Of a DNA stretch of 64,000 nucleotides, positions 26,437 through 35,402 are shown one piece after another. The notes under the pieces are model-generated. The model was not told the DNA's origin and did not search any database. It saw nothing but the letters and a program-made list of their open reading frames with translations. The DNA lies in the UHGV virus genome UHGV-1440165; one strand, 5' to 3'. This stretch comes from a virus. Position 1 is the first letter of the stretch. Each line of letters begins with the position of its first letter. The position numbers and the translations under genes were made by a program.

Positions 26437-27105
26437 TTACTCAATCTGCGCGCCGACGAAGTAATTGATCGTCGCGTCGGAGGACTGGAAGTTAACCATC
26501 TGCAGTTCAGCACAGGCACGGAGCGTGTAGTTGCCTTCGATCATCTTCAGGTTGGCAACGTCCAGAGGCATAACAAAGTCGCTCATGGCGGTTTCGCCCA
26601 GCTCTACGGTGTAGTTGTTGGAGTTGTCCAGGCCAGTAGTAGTCGCCACCATGCGGGTTTTGCCACCCTGAGCAACCAGGCGAACTGTTTTGTGGCCGAG
26701 GGTAGAACACGCACGAGTCAGTTCTTTCATCTTCTCTGGAGTGATGATCGCTTCAAAGTCGACGGAAGGCAGTTCGATGGTGTCAGCCGGGACCACAGTC
26801 AGTTCTTTGGCGGAACGCCAGAACTGCAGTTGAGAGCTTTCGCCTTTCAGCAGGATGTAGTCCTGATGGAATTCGGCTTTCGCGCCTTTAAAGGAAGGCA
26901 GACGCTGAATGGCCAGCAGCTTGGTCAGGTCCAGAATAGGGAATTCAAACGGGAAGTCTTCTTCGATCTGCGCAACGGCGATCACAGTAGAAGAATCGTT
27001 GATGCTGCGCAGCATTTTACCCGGTGTCAGAACGATAGAAGGGTTGATGGTCTCAAAGTTGGCCAGCAACTGAAGTGTACGTTCGGAGAGAGTGATCTCT
27101 TGCAT
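26437..27105 (-). CDS. Sliding clamp (gp45-like)
   Basis: 222 aa; N-terminus LQLLANFETINPSIVL resembles T4 gp45 ALLKNFATINSGIML; position upstream of clamp loader. Confidence 0.7.
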   Translation of the reverse strand: MQEITLSERTLQLLANFETINPSIVLTPGKMLRSINDSSTVIAVAQIEEDFPFEFPILDLTKLLAIQRLPSFKGAKAEFHQDYILLKGESSQLQFWRSAKELTVVPADTIELPSVDFEAIITPEKMKELTRACSTLGHKTVRLVAQGGKTRMVATTTGLDNSNNYTVELGETAMSDFVMPLDVANLKMIEGNYTLRACAELQMVNFQSSDATINYFVGAQIE

Positions 27106-27447
27106 TTATGTATCCTCAAAATATAGTGGGGGTTCAAGTCATGTTCGACGCAATCTAGTATCGCTGTGTTGTGCTTATAGAACAAGTGGCAAATTGCGCT
27201 ACGCGTTATAATAAATGCCTTCGGCATTTATGGACTTTATTAAAGATAATAACCTTTATTATTCCTATTCGCTTCGCTCATAAAACAAATACTCGTTGCT
27301 CGTTAACACTCACAACTCGTATAATACCACGCCAGATGTTCAACAAGAAAGCAGTTTTTATTCAACAGCAAAATTAATTTAATTTGGTCTAAACATGTAC
27401 GCGAAATAATATGTATGTCAGGTTAACCCAACACACGAGAGTAATAT
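27106..27447. promoter_or_regulatory. AT-rich divergent regulatory region with sigma70-like promoter elements and a stem-loop
   Basis: 342 nt without convincing ORF; plus-strand TTGCTC-N18-TATAAT near 27296..27325; second TATAAT near 27207; AAATGCC-TTC-GGCATTT hairpin near 27213..27229. Confidence 0.45.
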
Positions 27448-27825
27448 ATGAAACAGTTCGTAGGATTGTACGCAGTGGGATGCAGCAAGCCAGATGCTAT
27501 CCTCACCGCAGGGGAATTTGTTACAGGAACACCAGTGTATCTGTCACAGCTGGCGTCTGATAAGAACTTACCATCGGAACCGCGCTTTGTGCCACTTGGC
27601 CTGATGACAGGCATGAAAGTTGGCTTGTACATTGGTGTCGTTACCTTCAACGATGGTATCGAAGCGAAGGTGCTGCCATTCCAACTCAACAGTGAGCAAA
27701 CACTGAAAGAAACGATTGCTGAGCATCTGAATCCTCAGTGCCTGGCTTCCCTCGATAAATTGTTCGGCGCGGCGGGAGATGAAGGCGAGGCCACCCCCGC
27801 CTATGTGAATCAAGATCAATCGTGA
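27448..27825 (+). CDS. Hypothetical protein on plus strand
   Basis: 125 aa, ATG start, protein-like composition; the overlapping minus-strand ORF 27423..27689 looks non-coding. Confidence 0.45.
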   Translation: MKQFVGLYAVGCSKPDAILTAGEFVTGTPVYLSQLASDKNLPSEPRFVPLGLMTGMKVGLYIGVVTFNDGIEAKVLPFQLNSEQTLKETIAEHLNPQCLASLDKLFGAAGDEGEATPAYVNQDQS

Positions 27826-29324
27826 TTCCCGAGCGCCACCTTCATGAATTCCACGGGGTGACGCTCTGTTAGATAGAATTTGTATCGCTCTTGAGAATGC
27901 CTCACAGCGTGGTTCTGGGATCCTTTGTACGATGCATTGTCGACTAAGTCCCAGATCCATGCAACATCCTTAGAGGAGTGCTGGCGCATCAGACGGCCTA
28001 ATGTCTGTATGACACGGATGTATGACTTGCTCGGGTGAGCCAGTACCAGGTGATGTAGCTTTTTGATAGACACGCCCTGCTGCATTGTGCCATACGATGC
28101 CAACAGCGTGATATCCTCGCCATCTTCCATCGCTTTCTGAATACGCCGACGATCCTCGATCTTCACTTCACCGTTGATGACGAACACGTTGGGTTTCACC
28201 GCGCTCAACATCTCGTACACCACCATCATGTGGGCATCAATACGCTCAAACATGACAGCCACGTTCCCATTGAGGTTCAGTGCCATCTTCGCAATCACTT
28301 CGTTTCGTGACTGATGGGTGATGAGGTATTCAATTTCCTTGCTGTATTCCCCGTCCAGTGTCATTGCGTCGGCGATGGTATGCCTCAGCTCAATCATCTT
28401 GACTTTGATGTCAGTGGCGTAGCCCAGATTAATGAGGTCGCGAGCCGTGATGATCTTGTGATAGGTGCCGAAGTGAGCGACAACCTGCAGCCCAGCAACC
28501 TTCGTGTTCGCAAGCGTACCTGTCACGCCCAGACGCTGGTCGGCATAGATGCAGTTGTTGAGGATGTAGGACAGCTTCTCCGACTTGGAGGTGTGAACTT
28601 CGTCCACCACGATATCACCGAACTGATGGAACCATTCCTTCGGCTGATCTTGTATGCCCTGCCAGGTGCTGATTACAATCGGCTTGGTGATGTTTTTAGT
28701 CGCGCCCTCAAAGATCAGCTGAGTGTTGACAACAGGCTTCCAATCAGTCCCGTGGGAGTATTCTTCGAAGTTGTCATACAGCTGCGTAACCAGGTGGATT
28801 GACGGCACCACGATAAGCGTCCTCAGATTGCTTTCCAGAGCTTCTCTGCGTTGCCTGTAGTACCGCGCCATGACATACAGAACAAAGGACTTCCCGGCAC
28901 TCGTAGCCAGCTCACAGACGCATCTGGTCTGACGCATCGCCTTGGCTATCGTGTCAAACTGGTAATCACGGGTGATCGCATCGATGTACTCATGATTCTC
29001 TGTCCGGACTTTGGCATGCAGGCTGTTGATGAATTCGTGTATCTCTTCATCAGGAATGTTCTGAACGTATTTCAGCGCCGGGTCCAGCTCAATAGTGTAG
29101 CCGTTCTGTTTGCAGAACTTGAACACCTCGAACAACAGGCCGATGTCGATAAGGCCGGAAGATTTGGTGAACAGACGGACAATCCCATCCCATTTAGAGA
29201 ACGGGTTCGGAGTGTAGTTTGGGTCTTCGAATTTGAAGTAATCGTTCAGCTCTTCCCTGATAGAAAGATCTGCGATGCATCGCATGCGGACTTCGTTAAC
29301 CTTAACAATCTGAACGTCTGCCAT
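27816..29324 (-). CDS. uvsW: UvsW-like SF2 DNA helicase
   Basis: N-terminus FKFEDPNYTPNPFSKWDGIVRLF resembles T4 UvsW; Walker A TSAGKS, DEVH box. ATG at 29324 (MADVQ...); track start 29417 is an extension. Confidence 0.8.
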   Translation of the reverse strand: MADVQIVKVNEVRMRCIADLSIREELNDYFKFEDPNYTPNPFSKWDGIVRLFTKSSGLIDIGLLFEVFKFCKQNGYTIELDPALKYVQNIPDEEIHEFINSLHAKVRTENHEYIDAITRDYQFDTIAKAMRQTRCVCELATSAGKSFVLYVMARYYRQRREALESNLRTLIVVPSIHLVTQLYDNFEEYSHGTDWKPVVNTQLIFEGATKNITKPIVISTWQGIQDQPKEWFHQFGDIVVDEVHTSKSEKLSYILNNCIYADQRLGVTGTLANTKVAGLQVVAHFGTYHKIITARDLINLGYATDIKVKMIELRHTIADAMTLDGEYSKEIEYLITHQSRNEVIAKMALNLNGNVAVMFERIDAHMMVVYEMLSAVKPNVFVINGEVKIEDRRRIQKAMEDGEDITLLASYGTMQQGVSIKKLHHLVLAHPSKSYIRVIQTLGRLMRQHSSKDVAWIWDLVDNASYKGSQNHAVRHSQERYKFYLTERHPVEFMKVALGNHD

Positions 29325-29349
29325 ACAAAATCTCCCAAGATATATGGGA

Positions 29350-29356
29350 TATTTAG
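29350..29356 (-). promoter_or_regulatory. Late-promoter-like motif (minus strand CTAAATAT)
   Basis: CACTAAATATCCC about 26 nt upstream of the UvsW ATG. Confidence 0.4.
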
Positions 29357-30099
29357 TGGTTCGGCCATACTCCGTTCTGTTCTTTGTCCATACGATGGTA
29401 CAGGCGGACACGCTCAAACATCTTGCTCAGGATGTCATCACGGTGGAACTCGATGATGGTTGGGTTCAAAGAGGATTCGTTGGCGATGACGTTTATCAAC
29501 CGGGTGATCTTTACGCCAAACATCTGCTGGAACATGACCGAGTACAGGCAAAGCTGAATGCTGTAGTCCTCGATCATTCCGCGAGTCTTGATGGTATTGG
29601 AAGTCTTGAAGTCAATGATGGCTGGTTTACCCTCATACACCCCGATGAGGTCTACGCGCCCAGCGAGGCCAAGGACTTCGCTATATAATGGGATCTCCTG
29701 AGCATAGATCTTGCTCATCTTGTTCAGGTAAGGGAAGAGTTGCTTGAACATGAACATGTATTCGCCAGCCGCCTCAAGCACTTCTTTCATCGGGCGATTC
29801 TTCAAATACAGTTCACAGGCGAGGTGCAACTTCTCACCACGGTCGGCACACCGCATGGTCTCTAAATCGGCGGCCTCGTGTCCTAGCTTGTCCCTCCAGG
29901 CTTCTAGCCATTCATGGTCCCCAGTACGCCCAAGCATCGTCGTGACCGAAGTCAGTTTGACGCCAGTTGGTGAGACGTAGTGGCGACCATTCTCCGTCGT
30001 GACACATTCCAGTTCTTTGTATGGGAGTTCATACTGCTGGAATGTGTGGTGACGATTTTCGAAGTCGTTCAGCTTACGAAGAGCCTGGAGGGATGCCAT
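29353..30099 (-). CDS. PD-(D/E)XK family nuclease (RecB/Cas4-like fold)
   Basis: 248 aa; motif RVDLIGVYEGKPAIIDFKTS fits D...(D/E)xK nuclease core. Confidence 0.55.
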   Translation of the reverse strand: MASLQALRKLNDFENRHHTFQQYELPYKELECVTTENGRHYVSPTGVKLTSVTTMLGRTGDHEWLEAWRDKLGHEAADLETMRCADRGEKLHLACELYLKNRPMKEVLEAAGEYMFMFKQLFPYLNKMSKIYAQEIPLYSEVLGLAGRVDLIGVYEGKPAIIDFKTSNTIKTRGMIEDYSIQLCLYSVMFQQMFGVKITRLINVIANESSLNPTIIEFHRDDILSKMFERVRLYHRMDKEQNGVWPNH

Positions 30100-30114
30100 T
30101 ATATATGATCCTTG

Positions 30115-30567
30115 TTATGCACCATCAAGATATTTTCTCCATTCAATAGCGTTCTTCACTTCGTAGCCCAGCTTGTTCAGGCGGTCCAAACAGCTTTCGA
30201 TAAATTTCACTTTGGCTTTCTGTTCCTGAAGCAGGATAGACAGTTCGACGTAATCTTCGTCGGCCTTGATCCACACATCGATCTCTGACTTCAGAGGACG
30301 GACTTTCAATGGACGCTCGGCATAGATGTTGGGTGGTAACTCCCCGGCGTAATAGCGACGCAGGTAAAGATCAATCTGTCGGAAGCGCCCATTGAGGAAT
30401 TCCAGATAGCGCCCTTCACGCAGGTAATGGCGCTGCACGACCATCCATGAGCGCCCGACCTTCAGTGAGATCTGATCGAGGTTCATGTCTTCTGGGTTCA
30501 CCGCAACCAGCGGCTCCAGCTCATCCATGATGTCCTCGGTCTTCATTGTTTGTAGTTGCTCTGTCAT
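30115..30567 (-). CDS. UvsY-like recombination mediator (putative)
   Basis: 150 aa; similar size, YYAG segment (compare UvsY YYSG) and genomic position near UvsW as in T4. Confidence 0.4.
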   Translation of the reverse strand: MTEQLQTMKTEDIMDELEPLVAVNPEDMNLDQISLKVGRSWMVVQRHYLREGRYLEFLNGRFRQIDLYLRRYYAGELPPNIYAERPLKVRPLKSEIDVWIKADEDYVELSILLQEQKAKVKFIESCLDRLNKLGYEVKNAIEWRKYLDGA

Positions 30568-30609
30568 AACATATCCCAGCTTGTCAATGTCATAAAATTA
30601 TACCGCACA

Positions 30610-31110
30610 TCACGGATTAGAATCTATCTCACGGCCCACAATGGTGGGGACCATCTCCTGGAACTTGAACGTCACAGTTGAAACCAGCTGAGGAACAGCA
30701 GCGTCCACGTCGACCAACACGTTGTCAAGAGCCGTCGGGCGGGAGTCTTGTAACACCAGAGTCAGGCCAATCGGGCGGTTCAGGTTGTCCAGCAGGTCAA
30801 TGGTGATATCCTTGCTCACAGGCAGATCCTTCCCGACGTTGGAGCGAATCCAGTTGTGTAACATCAGCCACGTTTTCCAGTCCTCATCGATTACGAAAGT
30901 AAATACGACGGGGTCATATGTGATACGTTCCGACGGGATGGAAACGAGAACGTCACCAGGTGATGGACCGTCGATGCCCTCGGAATACAAGCCTGGAATG
31001 CTGAAGTCATGGATGTTACGGGATACAAGTACAAGGTCTCCGATAGATAAACGCCACTTATCGGACGCCGCAAAATTAGGGTTTTCGTTTTTGAATTGTA
31101 CATCAGACAT
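30610..31110 (-). CDS. Hypothetical protein
   Basis: 166 aa ORF, ATG start. Confidence 0.45.
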   Translation of the reverse strand: MSDVQFKNENPNFAASDKWRLSIGDLVLVSRNIHDFSIPGLYSEGIDGPSPGDVLVSIPSERITYDPVVFTFVIDEDWKTWLMLHNWIRSNVGKDLPVSKDITIDLLDNLNRPIGLTLVLQDSRPTALDNVLVDVDAAVPQLVSTVTFKFQEMVPTIVGREIDSNP

Positions 31111-31139
31111 AATAGCACCTTTTGCTGTGGAGATATTTT

Positions 31140-31790
31140 GTGACCCTGATGCGCGGGATCAGTAGATTGATGTTGGCATGTGCGATGCTCTTACTCACGA
31201 GCTGTCGCATCTTTGTCACGCCGATCATTTCTGTTTCCGAATTGTGGAACCCGGAAGTGCGCACCCTACCAGTCACCATATCGGCTAATGTCCAGACTTG
31301 CAACAAAGGAATCTTGGACGGCATCGTCCAAGAGTTCCAGAACTTCCAGAAGCTCGTGCCCCTGGGTTGCTTCGAGGAGAACACCAACACCCTCAAACCG
31401 TATTGGAAGACAACCATTCCACTTCTGCGCCGGGGCGATGAAGGGAAGATACCTTACCTGTCTGCCAGTATTTATTACTCCCAGAACAACAGCATCATCA
31501 TCACATTCAATCCATCATTCTATAAAAAACTGAAGCAGCACACTGTGGGGCGTGTTGATGTTGGATCAGAAGTGATTGTTACATTCAAGATCGTGAACGA
31601 CACAGGCAAGCCCGTCCGGATCGCAACTCAGGGCGTGTTCGTCAACAATGATGCCGTTGGGAATGAGATGAACATCTTTGAAGTGAAGCCAGAGGGAACG
31701 ATCTGGGTCAGACTGAGCAATGTGGGAGTGAACTCCCTACTGTTGGATGGCATCGAACCAGTGGGAGTTCTTCCGGCGCGGGAGCGCTGA
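31140..31790 (+). CDS. Putative lipoprotein on plus strand
   Basis: GTG at 31140 preceded by GGAGA (ATG at 31149 also in frame); basic n-region, hydrophobic LMLACAMLLL, lipobox LTSC; convergent with 31791..32519. Confidence 0.5.
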   Translation: MTLMRGISRLMLACAMLLLTSCRIFVTPIISVSELWNPEVRTLPVTISANVQTCNKGILDGIVQEFQNFQKLVPLGCFEENTNTLKPYWKTTIPLLRRGDEGKIPYLSASIYYSQNNSIIITFNPSFYKKLKQHTVGRVDVGSEVIVTFKIVNDTGKPVRIATQGVFVNNDAVGNEMNIFEVKPEGTIWVRLSNVGVNSLLLDGIEPVGVLPARER

Positions 31791-32519
31791 TTACTTCAGG
31801 GCGCTCTTCAGATTATCGGAACCGATGTTGTTGATGACGCCTCCGGCACACAGATCTTTAGCCCACTCGGACAGAACATTGGCAAACGAGAAGTTCAGAC
31901 ACTTGCTGACCATGTCTTGGATGTGGGCTAACTCTGCAGCAATACCATTGGCGATGTCTTGACCGATTTGTGCCACCTGAGCAATAGCAGTATTGATGTA
32001 CCCGGTAACTTCGGCGGCCAGTGCCTGGATCTTTGCCAGGCCAGCGCTCACGCCCTGCGCAACTAACTCAGCCAATTCGGCCATCTTGGCAGTAACAGTG
32101 CTGAGAGCGCTCTCCATAGCCCCGATCCACTGGCGGCCAAGAGTCTGTATGACACCGAAGGCATTGTTGATCAGATCACAGTTAGTCGGCTCTCGCTGGA
32201 TCGACTTCAGGCCGGATTTATACGACACGGAAGTCCCGATGCGGGAATAAGCCTCATTGACGGTCTGGTCGCCGTAATTGTTCAGAGTGGTGAGGCTGGT
32301 GTCGGCAGAGGTGAACATCGTGTTTGTTTCGTTGAGTTTGGCCGTGGTTAGCCCACCTGCCGTCAGAGCGCCCTGGATTTGCGTATCGCCAGTGTTAGCC
32401 AATGAGGCTGTAGTCGCCTTGCCACTGGTGATTAAACCATGAGACGTGCTGCTGAGGGACGGGAGAGGATTGTTAAATGCGTTACCCTGCTCAAGGGCGT
32501 CATAGATCTGTGCGTTCAT
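31791..32519 (-). CDS. Hypothetical late protein (Ala/Thr-rich)
   Basis: 242 aa, ATG start; preceded by a late-promoter-like motif. Confidence 0.5.
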   Translation of the reverse strand: MNAQIYDALEQGNAFNNPLPSLSSTSHGLITSGKATTASLANTGDTQIQGALTAGGLTTAKLNETNTMFTSADTSLTTLNNYGDQTVNEAYSRIGTSVSYKSGLKSIQREPTNCDLINNAFGVIQTLGRQWIGAMESALSTVTAKMAELAELVAQGVSAGLAKIQALAAEVTGYINTAIAQVAQIGQDIANGIAAELAHIQDMVSKCLNFSFANVLSEWAKDLCAGGVINNIGSDNLKSALK

Positions 32520-32547
32520 AAGAAAATACCCCCATGGATGATGGGGG

Positions 32548-32554
32548 TATTTAG
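32548..32554 (-). promoter_or_regulatory. Late-promoter-like motif (CCCTAAATACCCCC)
   Basis: About 29 nt upstream of the 32519 start; embedded in a CCCCCA...TGGGGG inverted repeat. Confidence 0.45.
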
Positions 32555-32766
32555 GGATCAGGGTAGTTTGTAAACGAAGTTGGACCAGAACTTCTGAGCG
32601 AACTTCTTGGCATAGACCTTCCGGCTGACGTACTCGCCATCCTTCAGATCGTTGTATGTCTCGTGCGCTACTGCGGCAAGGAAGTACGCCGTGAAGATAT
32701 AGCAGAACAGATTGATGACAAACATGATGTATCTCCGCTGTGTGGACTCAAATTATTTATGACAGG

Positions 32767-33189
32767 TTACAAAAGGCGCTTGGTTTTGGGTTTACCCATT
32801 AGAGTGATATCCACAGGGAGACCTGCCTTCTTCAGCCTGTTTATCATGTCCAGGGTGCCAGTGGACGAACCATCCCACATCGCAATCGGATACACTTCCA
32901 GCTTGGTCTGCCTGGCGAGTTCCAATGCCTTGTCTAACATGTCCTGATTGCGTTTGTTGCCCATCCCTTTGCCATATTTCTCATAATAGCCGTCCGGGAT
33001 TGGCATAGGAGTGACATCAACATAATTGATTTCAGCCCAATCACGACAAATCGTGTCGACGCCCGTGGCTTCGCCCTCGATCAACGTATAGACTTCATGA
33101 GGATCGAGGAGTTCATCCAGCTTGGCGAAGACCTTATCCCGCTCGGTAATTGAGCGGGAACCAGTGATGACAACGATATACTTCTTCAT
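32767..33189 (-). CDS. Rossmann-like SLOG/DUF2493-type protein (putative)
   Basis: KKYIVVITGSRS near the N-terminus resembles the SLOG/DprA-like GSR motif; first ATG at 33189, RBS weak (track start 33234). Confidence 0.35.
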   Translation of the reverse strand: MKKYIVVITGSRSITERDKVFAKLDELLDPHEVYTLIEGEATGVDTICRDWAEINYVDVTPMPIPDGYYEKYGKGMGNKRNQDMLDKALELARQTKLEVYPIAMWDGSSTGTLDMINRLKKAGLPVDITLMGKPKTKRLL

Positions 33190-33194
33190 AGAAC

Positions 33195-33539
33195 TCACAG
33201 CACCCCAAGATTGCCGATGACATACAGGGAGCACAGGGGAGCCCCTGACGAACGGGGTTCGATTGTCATCCCGCTCAGGCGGATCAGTTCCAGCAAGCCG
33301 TCGGTGGTCTGATACCCGCGTGTCGAACCGTTCGGACGGTATAGCTCCAGCTCGGTTCGCCCTTCCTTTAATGCGTTACGGATGCGAGTGAACACACTGT
33401 GGCCGCCGAACTTCTGTTTCAGAAGATCCAGCTTGGTGACCAGGCGGCGCGTTTTGCGTGGCTTACGCTCGCTCGGCTTTTCGAATTTGACGATGTGGGG
33501 GATCTCCACGGATTTGTTCAGTTTGGTGTCTACTGCCAT
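33195..33539 (-). CDS. Hypothetical basic protein
   Basis: 114 aa ORF, ATG start. Confidence 0.4.
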   Translation of the reverse strand: MAVDTKLNKSVEIPHIVKFEKPSERKPRKTRRLVTKLDLLKQKFGGHSVFTRIRNALKEGRTELELYRPNGSTRGYQTTDGLLELIRLSGMTIEPRSSGAPLCSLYVIGNLGVL

Positions 33540-33608
33540 GGTAAAGTCCTCTATTTGTAGGGGATAGGGTATGAGTTTAACATACCCCGTTCAAAGGTTT
33601 AGAACAAA

Positions 33609-33905
33609 TCAAGCACCAAGCAATTGGGTGACATAACCCTTTTCACCACGTTTGTACGGCTTGCCCGCATTGATGCGACCCAGAATGTCAGTCGCGAATT
33701 TGGTAGCATCAGCGATAGCCTGCTTTTTGGTATAGCGCTCGTTCACGCCGTGCTCGTTCTTGGAGCCGTCGATGCCGAGGCAAGAAACATAAGTGTCACC
33801 GACATAAAGGGAATACACATATGAGTTTTGGCTGTTGGCCCATGCTTCAACGATAAAGCGAGAATCGATTACCAGAGCAGTTTTGGTGGTTGGCATATTG
33901 TTCAT
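33609..33905 (-). CDS. Hypothetical protein
   Basis: 98 aa ORF, ATG start; preceded by an early promoter embedded in a hairpin. Confidence 0.45.
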   Translation of the reverse strand: MNNMPTTKTALVIDSRFIVEAWANSQNSYVYSLYVGDTYVSCLGIDGSKNEHGVNERYTKKQAIADATKFATDILGRINAGKPYKRGEKGYVTQLLGA

Positions 33906-33954
33906 GGTGTAGTTCCTTCATTTCAGAGTCAGTGTTGTGCTGCTTATGGAATGA

Positions 33955-33986
33955 AGTATACGGGGTTTATTGAAGAAGTAAACCCC
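33955..33986 (-). promoter_or_regulatory. Early promoter (GTTTAC-N17-TATACT) overlapping a terminator-type hairpin
   Basis: Hairpin GGGGTTTA-loop-TAAACCCC (about 33962..33986); the -35 GTTTAC is part of the stem; -10 TATACT at about 33955..33960 on the minus strand. Confidence 0.5.
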
Positions 33987-34007
33987 GTTTATTGAATTAT
34001 TTTAAGA

Positions 34008-34244
34008 TTATTTGAATCGGTCAGGAAGGGTGTCGTGCAGTTCAGCTGACATGACTAAGAACTTGCCGTCTTTGGTCGGAAAGCAATAGTCTTTCTTCAC
34101 GATCTTCAGGTGCTCTGCGGTGGCCCGAACACACTCATCGGTGATGTCGGTCTTATTACCAACCCACATGGACTTGACCGTGTCTAGAGTGCCCTGGTAA
34201 ATGGTTCCACCCAATGGGCTTGCGCCGATAGTTTTGATTCTCAT
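34008..34244 (-). CDS. Hypothetical protein
   Basis: 78 aa ORF. Confidence 0.4.
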   Translation of the reverse strand: MRIKTIGASPLGGTIYQGTLDTVKSMWVGNKTDITDECVRATAEHLKIVKKDYCFPTKDGKFLVMSAELHDTLPDRFK

Positions 34245-34252
34245 GGTTGACC

Positions 34253-34690
34253 TCAGTTAATACGGAACAAATGTGGATAACCGCCAGGATGACCTTCCCC
34301 GGTGACAAATACTTCGAACTTCGAACCCTTGATTAGGCCAGGCAGATTGCCAGAGTCCAGCAGTTCTCGGATCTGATCCATCGCCAGCATCCAGTTCTTG
34401 GCAGGTTCGGCCTCTGCCTCCCCACGGTTGATTTTGATCACACCCTCTGAATAATACTTCCCGCTGTCTTTCATGTAGTACAGCTTGATGTGGATATACT
34501 GAGGGGAAGGGACCAAGCGCCAGCCTTCATCAATCAGATCCTGACGATCATTGTCCAGCGACTGGTAATCGATATCACCGGATGCCAGGCCGTAGCTGCG
34601 CATGTAGCGGAACTTCTCGACGCGGTCTTTCACATCGGAGATAAAGAACTCCTTCGTGGCCGGACTGATGAAGATGTATTTCTCTGCCAT
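34253..34690 (-). CDS. Hypothetical protein
   Basis: 145 aa ORF. Confidence 0.45.
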   Translation of the reverse strand: MAEKYIFISPATKEFFISDVKDRVEKFRYMRSYGLASGDIDYQSLDNDRQDLIDEGWRLVPSPQYIHIKLYYMKDSGKYYSEGVIKINRGEAEAEPAKNWMLAMDQIRELLDSGNLPGLIKGSKFEVFVTGEGHPGGYPHLFRIN

Positions 34691-34702
34691 AATATAGATC
34701 CT

Positions 34703-34960
34703 TCAGTTCAAAATGGGATGTTCGTCGATGTCGGACTGTGTTGCAATCTCCCAGCGGACGATATTTTCGGGTGTGATGAAATCACGGTTCAGGTGAGAGG
34801 ATGGCACATACACCATTGTGTTGACCATGAAGTAACGCTGCTCGTTGTTCCAGGAGTCAACATAAGCCTCAATAAGGCATACTTCGATCACTTCGCCTTT
34901 CGGCTTCTTCACAATCTTTTTCAGGTACATGACACAGCCCTCGGATAGTAGACGGGGCAA
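34703..34960 (-). CDS. Hypothetical protein
   Basis: 85 aa ORF. Confidence 0.4.
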   Translation of the reverse strand: MPRLLSEGCVMYLKKIVKKPKGEVIEVCLIEAYVDSWNNEQRYFMVNTMVYVPSSHLNRDFITPENIVRWEIATQSDIDEHPILN

Positions 34961-34990
34961 TAATACCTCTCGCCCCGTTATTGAAAACTG

Positions 34991-35302
34991 TTAGTCTTTA
35001 GCAGGATCTTCGCAGTCTGGATGATAGAAGCTACCCAGCTTGCTGTGGATAACGTTCAGATGGTTGGTGATAGCTTCAATGATATCGTCCTGGGAGGACT
35101 GGATATCAATGATGGCACCGATCAGACCCGGCATAGGCTGTTGTGACAATTTGTCTGGATTCGCTGTCGGGAAATCACCGTCCAGTTGAACGCGGATACC
35201 CTTGATGTCGGCGAGGACATCGTACAGCCGCTCTTTCTGGGTACGAGCGTTTTTCAGGATTTGGGATACAGACTGCTCTGTTGATACGAGGTTACTTGAC
35301 AT
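34991..35302 (-). CDS. Hypothetical protein
   Basis: 103 aa; ATG at 35302 with AGGAG RBS that lies inside an 11-bp-stem hairpin. Confidence 0.45.
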   Translation of the reverse strand: MSSNLVSTEQSVSQILKNARTQKERLYDVLADIKGIRVQLDGDFPTANPDKLSQQPMPGLIGAIIDIQSSQDDIIEAITNHLNVIHSKLGSFYHPDCEDPAKD

Positions 35303-35310
35303 GATTTATA

Positions 35311-35348
35311 CTCCTGTTGTATGGTTGACTGTATAAGCATACAACAGG
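35311..35348 (-). other. Strong hairpin (CCTGTTGTATG...CATACAACAGG) that includes the RBS of the downstream gene
   Basis: 11-bp perfect inverted repeat with a 14-nt loop; one arm contains the AGGAG of the 35302 gene. Confidence 0.5.
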
Positions 35349-35402
35349 TGGGTGTATTGAACAACGCGGGTATTAAATCGACACGATAAAGGAATTAACT
35401 CG

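Noticed and set aside
27106-27447. tRNA or small RNA gene in the AT-rich gap
   Set aside because: No cloverleaf-compatible segments or GTTC-type T-loop; the same check on 56897..57058 was also negative.
35303-35310. TATAAAT read as a late promoter
   Set aside because: It sits 2 nt from the start codon, between the RBS and ATG, so it cannot serve as a promoter for that gene.
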